The notes below the pieces were generated by a model that was not told the DNA's origin, did no database searches, and worked only from the letters and a program-made list of their open reading frames with translations. From the NCBI GenBank assembly GCA_964016885.1, contig OZ024742.1, forward strand, positions 96,906,001 to 96,970,000: a DNA stretch of 64,000 nucleotides, written 5' to 3'. Of this stretch, positions 1 to 12,579 are shown in pieces; positions within the stretch are counted from its first letter, which is position 1, and each line of letters begins with the position of its first letter. This DNA comes from Eledone cirrhosa (lineage: Eukaryota). Both the position numbers and the translations under genes were made by a program.

Positions 1-1745
1 TACCTTATATTTGTCAATCTCAATAGCTGGTCCCTGTGTCGGATCTACTGAGGGTAATTTCTCTCTCTCCAATTCGTTCTCCACATTCATCAGTCTCTCA
101 TAATGAATTTTCCAGGCCTACTTTTTCTGATCATTCGTGACACTAAGTACACCGACATCGTTCCGGACACATTTATCTCCAACAACATCCTGATTTGCAT
201 TGACACACTGCCTTGCAATGTGGAACACCACACGTCTCTGATCTTCCCGTCGCAGAACATTGGCAAACCTCCTACTCTCAGCCTCCCTGTGTGCTAAGTA
301 CACCTGACGTCTAGCTTCTCTCTTAGCGGCTGTACTTCCATGCCCCTTCTCTACTCCCACCCATTTTCCTAGCCTTCCATGCTAGTCTTTTGTCTCTAAT
401 GGCCCTATCTACCATGCTGTTTCACCACCAGGTTACCAGGTTACTCTCTGTCTGGTTGGAGCTCTGCTCCAGCCACAAGTTTCATCAGTAGCCTGCAGTA
501 AGTTGTCACGTAAGAGATTCCAGTTATCATCTATGTTATACCACTCTAAATCGTCTTGTTTTTCGTCATATACATCTTGAAGGGCTTTCCTAAATTTGTA
601 TTTGAGTGAAAGGTCTTTTAACTTCCAGACCTTTCTTCTCCACACCTTCCTGTATGACTCATTCCATCTCTTGCTTACTGAGATATCACTAAAGACTAAT
701 CTATGCAGTTTTGGTACATTCTTCCCCATGGTATGCCTTGGTATTTGACACCATCTGCCTGTCCCACTGCCTAACTAGTAAGAAGTCAATCTGGCTTATG
801 TGCTCGCCTGATTTGTAGGTTATTAGGTGGTTGGCAGGTTTCTTGAAGTTAGTGTTGCAAATGGTTAGTGTACTTCCATCACAAAATTCAAGAAGTCTCA
901 CTCCTTCTTCATTTCTTGAGCCGTAACCGTCCCCACCATGTACCTCAGTGTAACAATCCTGGAGCTGTCTGACATGACCATTGAAGTCCCCTACTAGCAT
1001 AATGATGTCGCCGTCCTCTGTCATTGCGACTGTTTGTAAAAGTTGCTCGTAAAAGCAGTTTTTCTCTTCTCTATCTAGACCTGCCTGGAGAGCATAGGCA
1101 GATATGATTGTCAGTAGTCTCCTGCCTACAACTAATCTAAGCTTAGTTATTCTATTGTTAACTCGAACTCCCTCTATTGTCTTATCGATCCATCTCTCAG
1201 CCGGGAAAATGCCTACTCCCCCTAACCCATCATCCTTACCTACCCAGAAAAGCTTATAACTAAGATGTTTGCTGCGTTTAGTCTTGCAGAGGCACCTCTT
1301 CATCTCACCTTTTGCACGCAGCACACATCCGCATGCCTTCTCTCCAGCATCTCCGCTATTTCACCAGATCTACCTGTGAGAGTGCCAACATTAAGTGTTG
1401 CAGCTCTGAGATGCGATGTCTTCATATTCTTGTTACTTATTCCTGAAGCGCGATTGCTTGAAGACGGTCGGGGTGGGGGGTGGGGGTTCTTACACATGGC
1501 CGCAACATCCACCTCACTACCGTGCGCAGCCCTAACAGGGTTAATGTTATTGCTGTTTACGCAGTTATTGCGATATATATTTGTTGTTGCGCTAATAATT
1601 GTTTTTGGCATTAATACACTGGTTGGATGCCCTTCCTAACACAAGTGCCACTTTACGGCATGGACTAGGTGCTTTTATTCGTGCCACCAGTACTAGAGAG
1701 GATGTCTTACTGGACTCATGGGCTCTCTCTACCCCTCCATTTTAC
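1..1745 (-). mobile_element. RTE-clade LINE, 5' part (5' UTR, APE endonuclease, linker), frameshifted, continues past left edge
   Basis: Consecutive ORF pieces 1300-1611, 701-1324, 433-729 and 118-360 carry APE motifs (ATLNVGTLTG, DVCCVQ, GVGIF, SAYA, GDFNGH, SQIDFLL) then WKLKD and RVTW. Related to the copy at 45814-48665. Confidence 0.92.
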
Positions 1746-2119
1746 AGCATGGTCATAACAATAATAACAATAATAATAACACTATAAATAATTATTAATT
1801 AATGAAATCTTGCAATGCCTGTGCATGAAGTATATTTTCAAAGTGAGGAAAGACTGTGCACTGAGCCAACCCCACTCTCTGAGCGACAGTGGCTATAAAC
1901 CGAAAAGAAGAAAAGATCAACATCATCGGTAACTACTGAGCAGCAGGTTTTATGTCAGCATTAACCCAGTTTCCTGAGATGCCTACTCCTAGAAGAATGC
2001 CCTGACAAGAGCTAGGGGTCCTTTACCCCCAGTGGTTTAACTGCGCGATCGGGTATCCAGCCCGATTATTTCTATGTCCCCGCACAAAAAAAAAAAAATA
2101 TATATATATATATATGCAG

Positions 2120-2945
2120 GGAGTATGGAAAAACAATTTGTAATGGATTATGTTACTGTGGCTGAAACAGAGTGCCTTAGTGATATGTGATACGAGATTG
2201 AGTATACCCATGGAAATTTAACCGCCATGTCCTGGCTAGCGTGATGGCAGTGTTTAAGATAAAGTACAGAGTCAAATGTGCAGCATTGAGTGTGTCGACA
2301 TTCCCCACACGGCATACATATTCATCAGTGTATGATGTCGGATCCCATGGACCCGCGCCGCCACTCCGACTGCCATCCGCTTCCCCATATGGCTCTAGGA
2401 GGGGCCATCCGGAGGTACCTATGCAGAGAGTGTGCACTTTTGTTGGTGTCTACATGTCATGATGATCTCCGATTTCAGATTGACTGCATCATCCTTTAAA
2501 CCCACTACCTCATGTGTGAGCACACGTGTGTGTCGGTGTATATGTGTAGGGAGATGGGCAAGCCAGGGAGTAGCAAGGCAGTTCATAACACCTTGCCCAA
2601 ATAGCAGTAAATTTTTGGTGACAGAATTAAGGTGAGTGACAGCTCACGCCTGAATGGATATGGTTAGTGGCCAGATTTGAATGGTCAAATACACAGATGA
2701 CGTCTCGAACTATCAACCAATTGACGGGCTGTGCAAACAGGATGATGGCAGATGATAGATGGTGGAAGGGCTGGAGTCCAGCAGAAAGAAGATTTGCTTC
2801 GAAATCACTAGACATATCTGAGGAACTTGCGAATCCAGAGTCAGGTTCGATCCACAAACAGATCGCACCTCGAGCTGTTCACTGGAGAAACTATTGTAAT
2901 ACATAATAAATTGTGTTCTGATGCATCACTGATTCTTCGTTTTCC
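2120..2945 (-). mobile_element. Unclassified repeat fragment, possibly the zinc-finger 5' region of a REL-type non-LTR element
   Basis: GC-richer island between (TA)n tracts with broken Cys/His motifs (HVCSH, KCTL, YVCRV). Its 2790-2945 end recurs at about 27905-28062. Confidence 0.35.
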
Positions 2946-3056
<111 letters not shown>

Positions 3057-3099
3057 CGGCGATGAATTAGTTTTGCGAGGTTTTTTATATGAAATCGTG

Positions 3100-3287
3100 T
3101 GTCTATATTGTATCTGTATTATTTTTGACCGCCGGTCAGTCAATGGCAACATTGAGGACCGAGTAAGTTAGATCGCAGATATATATATATAAAAGACAGC
3201 GAGAAGCGAAAACCAACCAAACAGTGAGTGTGTTCTGTTATTAATTCTGGCAATATTACGCAAATATGACCCTCCCCAAATATAACA

Positions 3288-3290
<3 letters not shown>
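3100..3290 (+). repeat. Solo terminal segment of a Penelope-type pseudo-LTR family
   Basis: gtctatattgtatctg...ggtcagtcaatggcaacattgaggaccg...atgaccctcccc..tataacaa(TA)n recurs at 4250-4400, 23460-23648 and 41620-41785. At 23 kb it follows a GIY-YIG fragment and an HHR. Confidence 0.75.
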
Positions 3291-3346
<56 letters not shown>

Positions 3347-3543
3347 GTTAAAGAGTGAAGAATAACTTCACTCTTTCACTACTATTACTCCAAGAATGAC
3401 CCGCATGGTAATTCTCGCAAACTTGCTACCTAACTAAGAAAACCTCTTGTTGAGTCAAACAATTCCGTACATTAAAACTATCCATAATACAGAGTACTCA
3501 CAACCTCTAACGGGATTACCTAAAATGATAACCTGTTATCCCA

Positions 3544-3583
<40 letters not shown>

Positions 3584-4078
3584 TACATATATATATATAC
3601 ATATATGTATATACATATATATATATGTATGTATATGTGTGTTTATATTTATGTACATATACATAATCAATTTATTCCATGGCAATAAATACTTCACTAT
3701 GTAAGTGTGCCTTCCATGTGGTGCAAAACCCAGAAATATCCAGTGTATATTAATGGAATCTTTTGTATTATTCATCCACTTCATACCTTTCACTTCACCT
3801 TTTCTTAGATAGTAGAGGTGAAAAACAGAGCCGAGGGTGAAGGATGGAAAGGATATAATAACATAGACATTGTGTGTGTGTGTTTGAATGTGTGTGACTG
3901 TGTATTCTCTAAGATAGTTTCCAATTTCACAAATATTTATTAATTAAGCAATTTGACATAACACATTACTATTTGATTCATTAATGTATAATTAGATCTA
4001 TGATGTCATTCTTTATCTCCTTCCATGCACTCATTCATACATACAGATATATATGTATATATATGTACACACACACAT

Positions 4079-4156
<78 letters not shown>

Positions 4157-4249
4157 TCATCATCGTCGTCGTTTAATGTCCATCTTCTATGCTAGCATGG
4201 GTTTGGATGGGAATTGTCCCACTTGAGTCAAGATTGGTTGACTTGCTCG

Positions 4250-4400
4250 TTGGTCAGTCAATGGTAACATTGAGGACCGAATAAATTAAATTAACAGATA
4301 TAAAAGACACCGAAGCGAAAACCAACCAAACAGTGAGTGTGTTCTGTTATTAATTCTGGCAATATTACACAAATATGACCCTCCCCAAGTATAACAATAT
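4250..4400 (+). repeat. Second solo copy of the same pseudo-LTR terminal segment
   Basis: Close match to 3133-3290. Confidence 0.75.
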
Positions 4401-4859
4401 ATATATATATACATATATATACCTACACACACTGACATATATATAGACATAGATGCAAACAAACACATAAATGCACACACTTGCATATATGCAGTCAGAC
4501 ACTCATACATACATATTTTAGTATATTACATAATCTAGTCAATGAGTAAATGAATCCAAGACTATATACTTACAGATATATATATTTATTTAATTTATTA
4601 ATAAATCAAAAATAATTTCACAAACTAAATTAATCCCTGAAAGCTTTAAATGTAGTATATTGCAATTAATGATTCTAACAGCTTGATTAATATACAGTTA
4701 TAAGATACAGTTATAACATATAGTTATAATATACAGTTATAACATAAGTTCTCTCAGATATAAGCACAACTGGACTCCATAATATGTGAAATTATTTTGC
4801 GTTAATATCCTCTAAATTAAATTCAACTTGAGTAAATTATGTGGTTATTTTGTATTAAA

Positions 4860-5125
4860 ATGAGAGATACATAAATTGTTTCTATTACTTCTGGATGGTG
4901 ATAGTAGGGTAAACAGCAATGACCATCCCAATGATATGAGCCTTAATGGTGTTGTGGAGGTCTCCCTGGCATGCAGAGCTTCAGGCACTGTCGGCCTTGT
5001 GACCCAGTATGAGTTGGTGAGTGAGACCCCATTAGTAGTGAGTAGGAAAGCGGTCTGGGGACCAACTATGCCAGAAGTCTTCACTGCTACAAGTTCAACA
5101 TTACACCTACCAGAGAGTGGCTGAT
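4860..5125 (-). mobile_element. Highly decayed 3' end of a CRE-like element (REL endonuclease)
   Basis: Minus-strand VAVKTSGIVGPQT aligns with LAVETSGVLGPRA of the element at 5.5-6.6 kb. Confidence 0.5.
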
Positions 5126-5510
5126 ACTTTGACAGATTGCAATCTTAAGGATTACTTGTTTTCTGTCAAATTGTTTGTTTGTGACTCATATATAAGTAAG
5201 AATATCTGTATGTGATAACATATGTTTATGTGTATGTGTGAGTATGCACATATGCAGCTATATATCTATATATGTTGTATTTATATAAAAAATGACTGAT
5301 TGAAGTGTCAATTTAACAGATTTTCATTTGTACAAATAAACATCTGTTAAATTGAAACTTCAATCTCTCACTATGTAACTTATGTCAATACCAAACATCC
5401 AGTATAATATTCCACAGTGGAACATATGCATATTTACATTACTTAAATTCAAATACAGACATACATACATAATTAATTCATATAATATGTATATATGTAT
5501 GTATATAAAT

Positions 5511-6601
5511 GAGACAAAAACTTTATTGTGTTGTATCAGATGAAAGAATGGTATTTAACTAATGTATTGGTACGCGATGGGGCCCACCCACAGCCCCGGC
5601 AGACAGAATGGATAAGGCGTGTCCCCGGAGGTCGGCAAAGGAGACGCGCTGGAAAAGCCACTCCAACTCGCGGAGGTCACACCTACGGCTAGCCAGCTCA
5701 GCGCCTATGGTGGTGACTAAGGAGGTAGCCCTGGGGCCGAGAACACCAGAAGTTTCCACTGCCAGGGGAACGACCGCAAACCTCTCGGAGAGCGACCGGT
5801 ATTTGAGGAGTTTGGACCCCTCAGCCCGACGTGCAGCAGAACCTGGGTCAGTCGCAGACTGCACCAGGTTGCGGCTGCAGAAAGTGTCGGTGCAAGTGGC
5901 ATCCCAGACGAGGGGTTTGCCACCGCGGAACGGGAAGATGGTCATGCCATCTGGCCTTTTGCCATCCCCTCGATCCAGCCCCACCGGCTTGAGCTGGGAA
6001 GTGAAGCCTGCAGCATCCAAGCCATGCTTAATGACCTCGTTGAGGGCAGTATGGCATGGAATGCGGCCGGCACTGTGGCGACAAGAAAGCAGGGGGAGGC
6101 CGAAAGAGTCCACGGTAGAACCGCAGCTACATTGGAGTGGCTGGCAGATCTGGATGCCGAGCCTCACGGAAACGTTGATTCGCAAGCTATGGTTGTCTAG
6201 CTGCGTGCCAGTGGAGAAGGAGGGCAGAGCATGGAGCCAGGCACCACTGTGGTGTTTGGAGGCCGCACAAAAACAAGCAAGGCGGTGCTGGTTGAGCAGG
6301 CGCGTGAGCCTGTCTGCGGCCAGGCTGCACTGGATGGCATCCCAAGTGCGTTGGGGGGACTTGACGTCAACAGGGGGAGAAGGAGGAGGGACGTCTACTG
6401 GGCTAAGTCCCAGCAGTCCCACGTCTCACAGGCGGCCTCACGTTCTGTGAACACAGTGGGTTCTGTTGTATTTTGAAGAACCCTGCTGACGAGGACGCGG
6501 CATGAGGTTACCGACGAAAGATACGCCGGCAAAGGTAGTGAGATCGGGGACCGGAGACCTAAGCCGCCATACCTGACCGGTAAAGTGGCCTAATGCCACC
6601 C

Positions 6602-6602
<1 letters not shown>
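5511..6602 (-). mobile_element. 5'-truncated CRE-clade non-LTR retrotransposon (zinc knuckle plus restriction-like endonuclease)
   Basis: ORF 5559-6422 contains SGAWLHALP, CSCG...LLSC, KRPDG, LVWDATC, PLAVETSG and LFQRVS. AATAAA lies on the minus strand at about 5523. TA-rich or (TA)n flanks. Confidence 0.88.
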
Positions 6603-6676
<74 letters not shown>

Positions 6677-6856
6677 ATACACATTCTTCAAATTGACTGA
6701 CTGAGCATACATGCATTCTTTTTCACTTTATTCCTCTTCTCATGATCCTGTCTTTCTATTTCTTTTGTTTCTCATTCAATCTTCTGTTGAAGGACTAGCA
6801 TCCAAAATGTTTAGACACTTTTCCTACTATATCAAGCATTATACTAAAATCGACGG

Positions 6857-6961
6857 TCAGCTGACTATGAAGGATTGATGATGGTAGGGCTGCGAAAGCT
6901 TGCATGCATTAATTTCAAATTTTTTTAAATTAATTTTTTCTTTTGTTTCTTTTTACTTATT

Positions 6962-7010
<49 letters not shown>

Positions 7011-7138
7011 TGTGTGTGTGTCTGTGTGTGTGTGCAATAAGTAAAAACAAACAACAAAAGAAACAATTAATTAAAAAAATTGAAATTAATGCATGCAAGA
7101 TTTCGCAGCCCTATCATCAATCATTCATAGTCAGCTGA
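6857..7138. repeat. Fold-back inverted repeat centred on (CA)n/(TG)n, with a degenerate HHR-like motif
   Basis: Arms tcagctgactatgaa...cttattgcaca and tgtgcaataag...ttcatagtcagctga. CTGACTA...CGAAAG in the left arm. Confidence 0.8.
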
Positions 7139-8876
7139 AGTTTCTAACTCAATATATACCTTTGATAAATTCGGCTCCGTTAATTCGTTGAGCTAATTCA
7201 AATGTCGAGTAAACCTGGCTGCTATTTTTAGTGGTGTGAGTTTATGTGACACGCTAAGTTCAGATACCATGTGCGTTATTATATATACGCACACCATTCA
7301 GTTTTTTAATATACTTAGAAGTCTCCAGGATACTAATTCTTAACCCAAATTATGTATAATAATATACATTAGCTCTTTATTTAAAATAGAGCACTCTTTA
7401 TCTTTATCTATTTTATGGAAACTCCTGACACTACATATATATATATATACATATATTTACATACATATGTGTTTGTGGTAAAAATTCCTATTATCATATT
7501 TTTACTAGTATCAAAATGTTCATGACTCTCTTTGCCTCTAAGTTTCTGTCCATCAATAGGTTGCAAACATCCAAAATGTTAAAACTTGTTTATCTCTTTC
7601 AAATGACATTCAGTACTTCTAATTTCAGTGAATTATAAAGAATCTTATTTGTAAATATTTGTTGAAAGGAACGTACACCAATTTAGATAGTGTTACCTTA
7701 TATGGTAAGACCAAAGAACATTGCAAAATTTTAAATTCTTGAAAGTTACTTGCAAAATATAATATGACACAAAATAACAATAGAAATGAATTTTCCACTA
7801 AATCTATCTATATATAGGTGGTCTATATAGAGATGATCAATATATATAGGTGATCAAATTAGCCATAACAAATTTACAACTTGACCTATCTTGTATTTAA
7901 CTCCACAGAAAGAAATATTTGTGCCTACTAATGAATAATTACCATCATCATGCTCAATATAGTTATCGTTTTAACACAAAGTGGGTCAACTTGCTTATTA
8001 ATTGTGATTAGTTCCTCACTTCTCTAAGGATAACATCGCTAATTAACTCTCGGTTTCCACTCTCAGAGAAAGCCAGCTTTTATGGAGTTGTCAAGAAAAA
8101 ATAAATGAAATTATTGTCAAAATGAACATCGCTGAGAAGCTAAACTTAATCAAAATAATAGACTTTTAGATTTTTACCTTGGTGCCTAAGTTTGCTGGGG
8201 AAAACAATGGTTAGAACATTTGCTTATCAAAAGGTCGCTTGTTCAATACCTCTGCATGGTATCTTCAGCAAAAATCTTTACCATAGTCTCAGAAGGCCCA
8301 AAGCTTGGCAAGTAAAATTGAGTAGGTAGAAATGATCTTGAAGTTCATCAATTCAAAAGTTCAGACTTGTCACATATTGTATCAATATGATTCTGCTTGG
8401 GGATTACATTAGAATACTCAATGAAGAATACTCAACAATTTAAACATTAATTTTATATGTTGGATATGCAGTCAGTTAAATGACTCAATGCTCATCAATG
8501 AAACTGATGAAAGGACCATAAAAGTAAGATGAAAAATAAGAAGATCTCATACAAATCTTACAAATTCTTACATATTACAAAATCACTATTACAGATGACA
8601 ACCCATGTTAGCGTCGAAAATGGACGTTAAACTATGATGATGATGATGATCTATAGCAGTGCTTCGTAGAATAACTTCTTGGTATTTCCTTAAATCTCTC
8701 TACCACCCTAGTTTTACAATCTTCATGTATTTTGTTTAACAATGAAATATTTGGTTTTTAGTTGCTGATAGTAAATGTTATATCTAGGTTTAATATTTGT
8801 ATTTGTCAAGAGCTGAAGCTACATTGGGGAAGTATATCCCCTATATAATGTGAGATATATATATAAAATTAAAATA

Positions 8877-8927
<51 letters not shown>

Positions 8928-8934
8928 ATATATA

Positions 8935-9296
8935 TATAAAGAAAAAGGGATGAAATCGAAAATGCAACTGAAGTCTTATTTTTTTTAAAAATATATATAT
9001 TTATTTGGTTCCTTTTTAAAAAATATATATATTTATTTGGTTCCTTTACCGGTTTCGCAGTTCTTCTGCTTTTCAAAAGGTGAGTTGAGATGGAGGGTCT
9101 GTGGTTTTTCTCACATGTGAGAAAAACCACAGACCCTCCATCTCAACTCACCTTTTGAAAAGCAAAAGAACTGCGAAACCGGTAAAGGAACCAAATAAAT
9201 ATATATATTTTTTAAAAAGGAACCAAATAAATATATATATTTTAAAAAAAAATAAGACTTCAGTTGCATTTTCGATTTCATCCCTTTTTCTTTATA
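8935..9296. repeat. Near-perfect spacer-less 362-bp palindrome containing a minimal HHR variant
   Basis: Centre TCACA|TGTGA at 9115/9116. (TA)n directly to the left, and about 60 bp further on to the right. Confidence 0.95.
9151..9188 (+). ncRNA. Minimal type-I hammerhead ribozyme variant (mirror copy 9043-9080 on minus)
   Basis: CCTT-TTGAAAA-GCA(G/A) AAGAA CTGC-GAAA-CCG-GTA-AAGG. Stem I CCTT/AAGG, palindromic ACCGGT stem III. Core deviates from CUGANGA. Confidence 0.6.
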
Positions 9297-9351
9297 CTTC
9301 CACTCGTGTAGGACACCTCGGTTATTTTTCATTTTGTAAAAAAAACCTCAC

Positions 9352-9842
<491 letters not shown>

Positions 9843-9859
9843 AATGAATTCATTGGTAA

Positions 9860-10330
9860 GAAAATCTTCTCTCAGAGTGAAGGGTCGATGTATGATACTT
9901 GTGCATTAAATTTTATACTGCTTAGCAATTATACATGGGTCCTGAATGTAAAAGATTTGCAGTTGTTAAAAAGAAATGAGGATTTCATGCTTCGCTGGAT
10001 GTGTACTTTTAATATATGTCAACTACAGACCACAATTGATCTGGGAGAATAACTGTGTACAAAAGTAATTTTACGCAGTACTGACAGTTGCACTGGTATG
10101 GTCATGGGATGCATAAGGAGAATGAGGATTATATAAAAAATGCCAAGCTATTGAAATGGATTGAACCTATGGAAGAAGGAGACCAAGGAAGACAAGAGAC
10201 AAAGTTGTGAAGAATTACTTCAGGAAACCGAAACTCAGTCAACCATATGCCATGATTAAAATGACACGTGCACCAATAAAAGCACAGCAACACTAAATGT
10301 AAAAGTGGAAAGAGACCAGAGGCTACAGCA
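9860..10330 (+). mobile_element. Decayed RTE RT C-terminal fragment
   Basis: TWVLNVKDLQLLKRNEDFMLRWMC followed by WYGH and GRPRKT-like motifs. Confidence 0.65.
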
Positions 10331-11205
10331 TTGGCTATAGTACAAACAAAATTTAGGGTTTGAAAGGACCCTTTAGTCTGGACAAACATATGACAACCTC
10401 TCTAGAACACATTCCATAGTTCAATGCCCACATCTTGTAGATTGTTAGTGTATGTGCCACAATAAAATATACCTGATATGCTCTGTAAAGTGTGTATGTA
10501 TTGGTAAACAAAAATACCTTTGCAAAAGAGGAAAGCTTAAGGAGGTGATTATTTGATGAAGATAAAAACATTAAAAACAGAAGAAATAAAAGGCCCACCA
10601 CCAACAATAAGTTCCCTCCTCTCAACTGCTCCACCACTACTCCACCGCCAACCTCATATTCACCAATAAATCTGTTGAGCAGTCATGCTGCAATACATAA
10701 AATTATAATAATATCCTCTACAGCTTTAATCTCACCAGCAAGACACTTAAAACTGACCTGAAGAAAATAACTAAACAATAAAATAGCCATATTAAGTAAG
10801 CTGGCCTCTATCATGTTCTGGCTAAGTGGTGACTGTTGTGGTTATGGTGAAGGAAAAGGAGGCACATTCAGCAGTGTATTATGAGAGGGGATTCGTCTAT
10901 ATTGAAATATGTATGTGTGTGTGTGCATACGTGCGTGCACATAGGCACTGAATTGGCAAATTTATTAGAATGATGGATAGATTGCTTTGCTATATATGTA
11001 CCAGCACTTTGTGTTATGAGTTCAAATCCCACCAAGTTTAATGCCCACCAGGCCAGTACTGGGATTGATTTTTCTTCCATCTCTCCTTTTCTATCTCACT
11101 TCCAGTTCTTGCTCTATCTCAGTACCTCTTACCTTGATAGATACTATGTTCATAAAAGGGAGATATGCCCTACCTAGCTTTAAAATCTCCATATAAATAA
11201 TTAAA

Positions 11206-11381
11206 TGTTTCTACTTTTGGCACAAAGCCAGCAATTATCTCAGTGTATTACTGGTGCTTTATTGTATCAACCAAGTAAGGATGAAAGGCAAAGTTAACCT
11301 CGACAGGATTTGAATTCAGACCGTAAAGGGAGATAACTATGCTGGAAAGCATGGCATCCGACCCTCTACCGATACTGCCAA
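11206..11381 (-). mobile_element. tRNA-derived SINE family A
   Basis: Matches the family consensus ggattggcagtatcggtagagggtcgg...gagttcaaatccc (B box)...gtagaaacaa(TTA)n. Confidence 0.85.
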
Positions 11382-11682
11382 AGAGCCTATGAGTGTGTGT
11401 ATGTGTGTTAATGGAGAGATGGGTGCCAATGATAGAGATGGCAAAATGAAGTAATTCCTTTTATTTTATTTTTTCATCAAAGTAGCCAGAGAAAACGTGT
11501 GATGAGGACTGGTGTTGGGGATGATAGAAGGGGAAAACTAAGGAATAACTAGAGAAGAGATATGTCTAAAGTGAACACTATAGTTTCTGCACTATAAATG
11601 TTCATGTGTACATACATAATATCTAAATATATATATAGATAGATGATGATATATATGTATATATGTATATACATAAAGAGAG

Positions 11683-12558
11683 AGACTCTCGTTATTCCCT
11701 GTCAATAATATGCTCAAAGGAAAAGGAATCCCGAGCTCTTTAAAATACAATATGTTGAAAAGGTAACACACTAGAGAGAGATAGTGATATATAAATATAA
11801 ATTAAAATGTATATATGCACCTCTATAACTACATAACACATGCACGCGTGTGTTATATAGTTATAGAGGTGCATATATACATTTTAATTTATATTTTTAA
11901 TTATTGTGTGTCTACCCTGCCTTCCATAGATTATAGATTCCAAACACTGGTGGTTTTCCCTGTTTTATTGATGGCGCACTATCTCTCGCTAGTGTGTTAC
12001 CTTTTCAACATATTGTATTTTAAAGGGCTCAGGATTCTTTTTCCTATGAGCACATTATTTACAGGAAATATCGAGAGTCTATGGCTCCGTTAATTTATCG
12101 TGATATTTCGCTCCTTATAACAGTCTTTCCTCTCTCTCTCTCTGTTAGGTTGAGCACACTTCTTTGAGTGGTTTTTGGGCTGCCCTTATGAGCAGCTCGT
12201 CCCTCAGATACCACTGGTTCACTGCCCTGAACACGCTGTGACATCATTCTGCCGTGTGTAGCTGGACGGTCGCTTTAGATTCTCTTAGAGTTGTCTGGAA
12301 TGTATAGTTTAGCACGCGCTGATGAACCCTAGGCTATTCCATTTCAGTCAACAACTTCCTGGCGAAACAGATCTCTTTGGATTTGTACGCGTGTGTTATA
12401 TAGTTATAGAGGTGCGTATATACATTTTAATTTATATCTTTTATTATTGTGTGTCTACCCTGCCTTCCATAGTTATAGATTCCATACACTGGTGGTTTTC
12501 CCTGTTTTATTGATGGCACACTATCTCTCTCTATTGTGTTAACTTTTCAACATATTGT
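11683..12558 (+). mobile_element. Non-coding HHR-bearing retroelement: inverted arm, 543-nt monomer, partial direct repeat (retrozyme-like or Penelope pseudo-LTR-derived)
   Basis: 11683-11844 is an internally deleted inverted copy of 11845-12080. 11845-12015 is repeated at 12388-12558. HHR at 12313-12393. Confidence 0.8.
12313..12393 (+). ncRNA. Type-I hammerhead ribozyme with intact core
   Basis: Stem I CACGCG/CGCGTG; CTGATGA; stem II CCTAGG...CCTGG; GAAA; stem III ACAGATC/GATTTGT; GTA cleavage triplet ending at 12387. Confidence 0.8.
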
Positions 12559-12579
12559 GTATATATATATATATATATA

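Noticed and set aside
5298-5366. 24-bp-arm hairpin
   Set aside because: Real but short and AT-rich, with no family match or motif in the window, so no claim is made.
5608-6450. 280-aa plus-strand ORF
   Set aside because: Antisense shadow of the GC-rich CRE element ORF.
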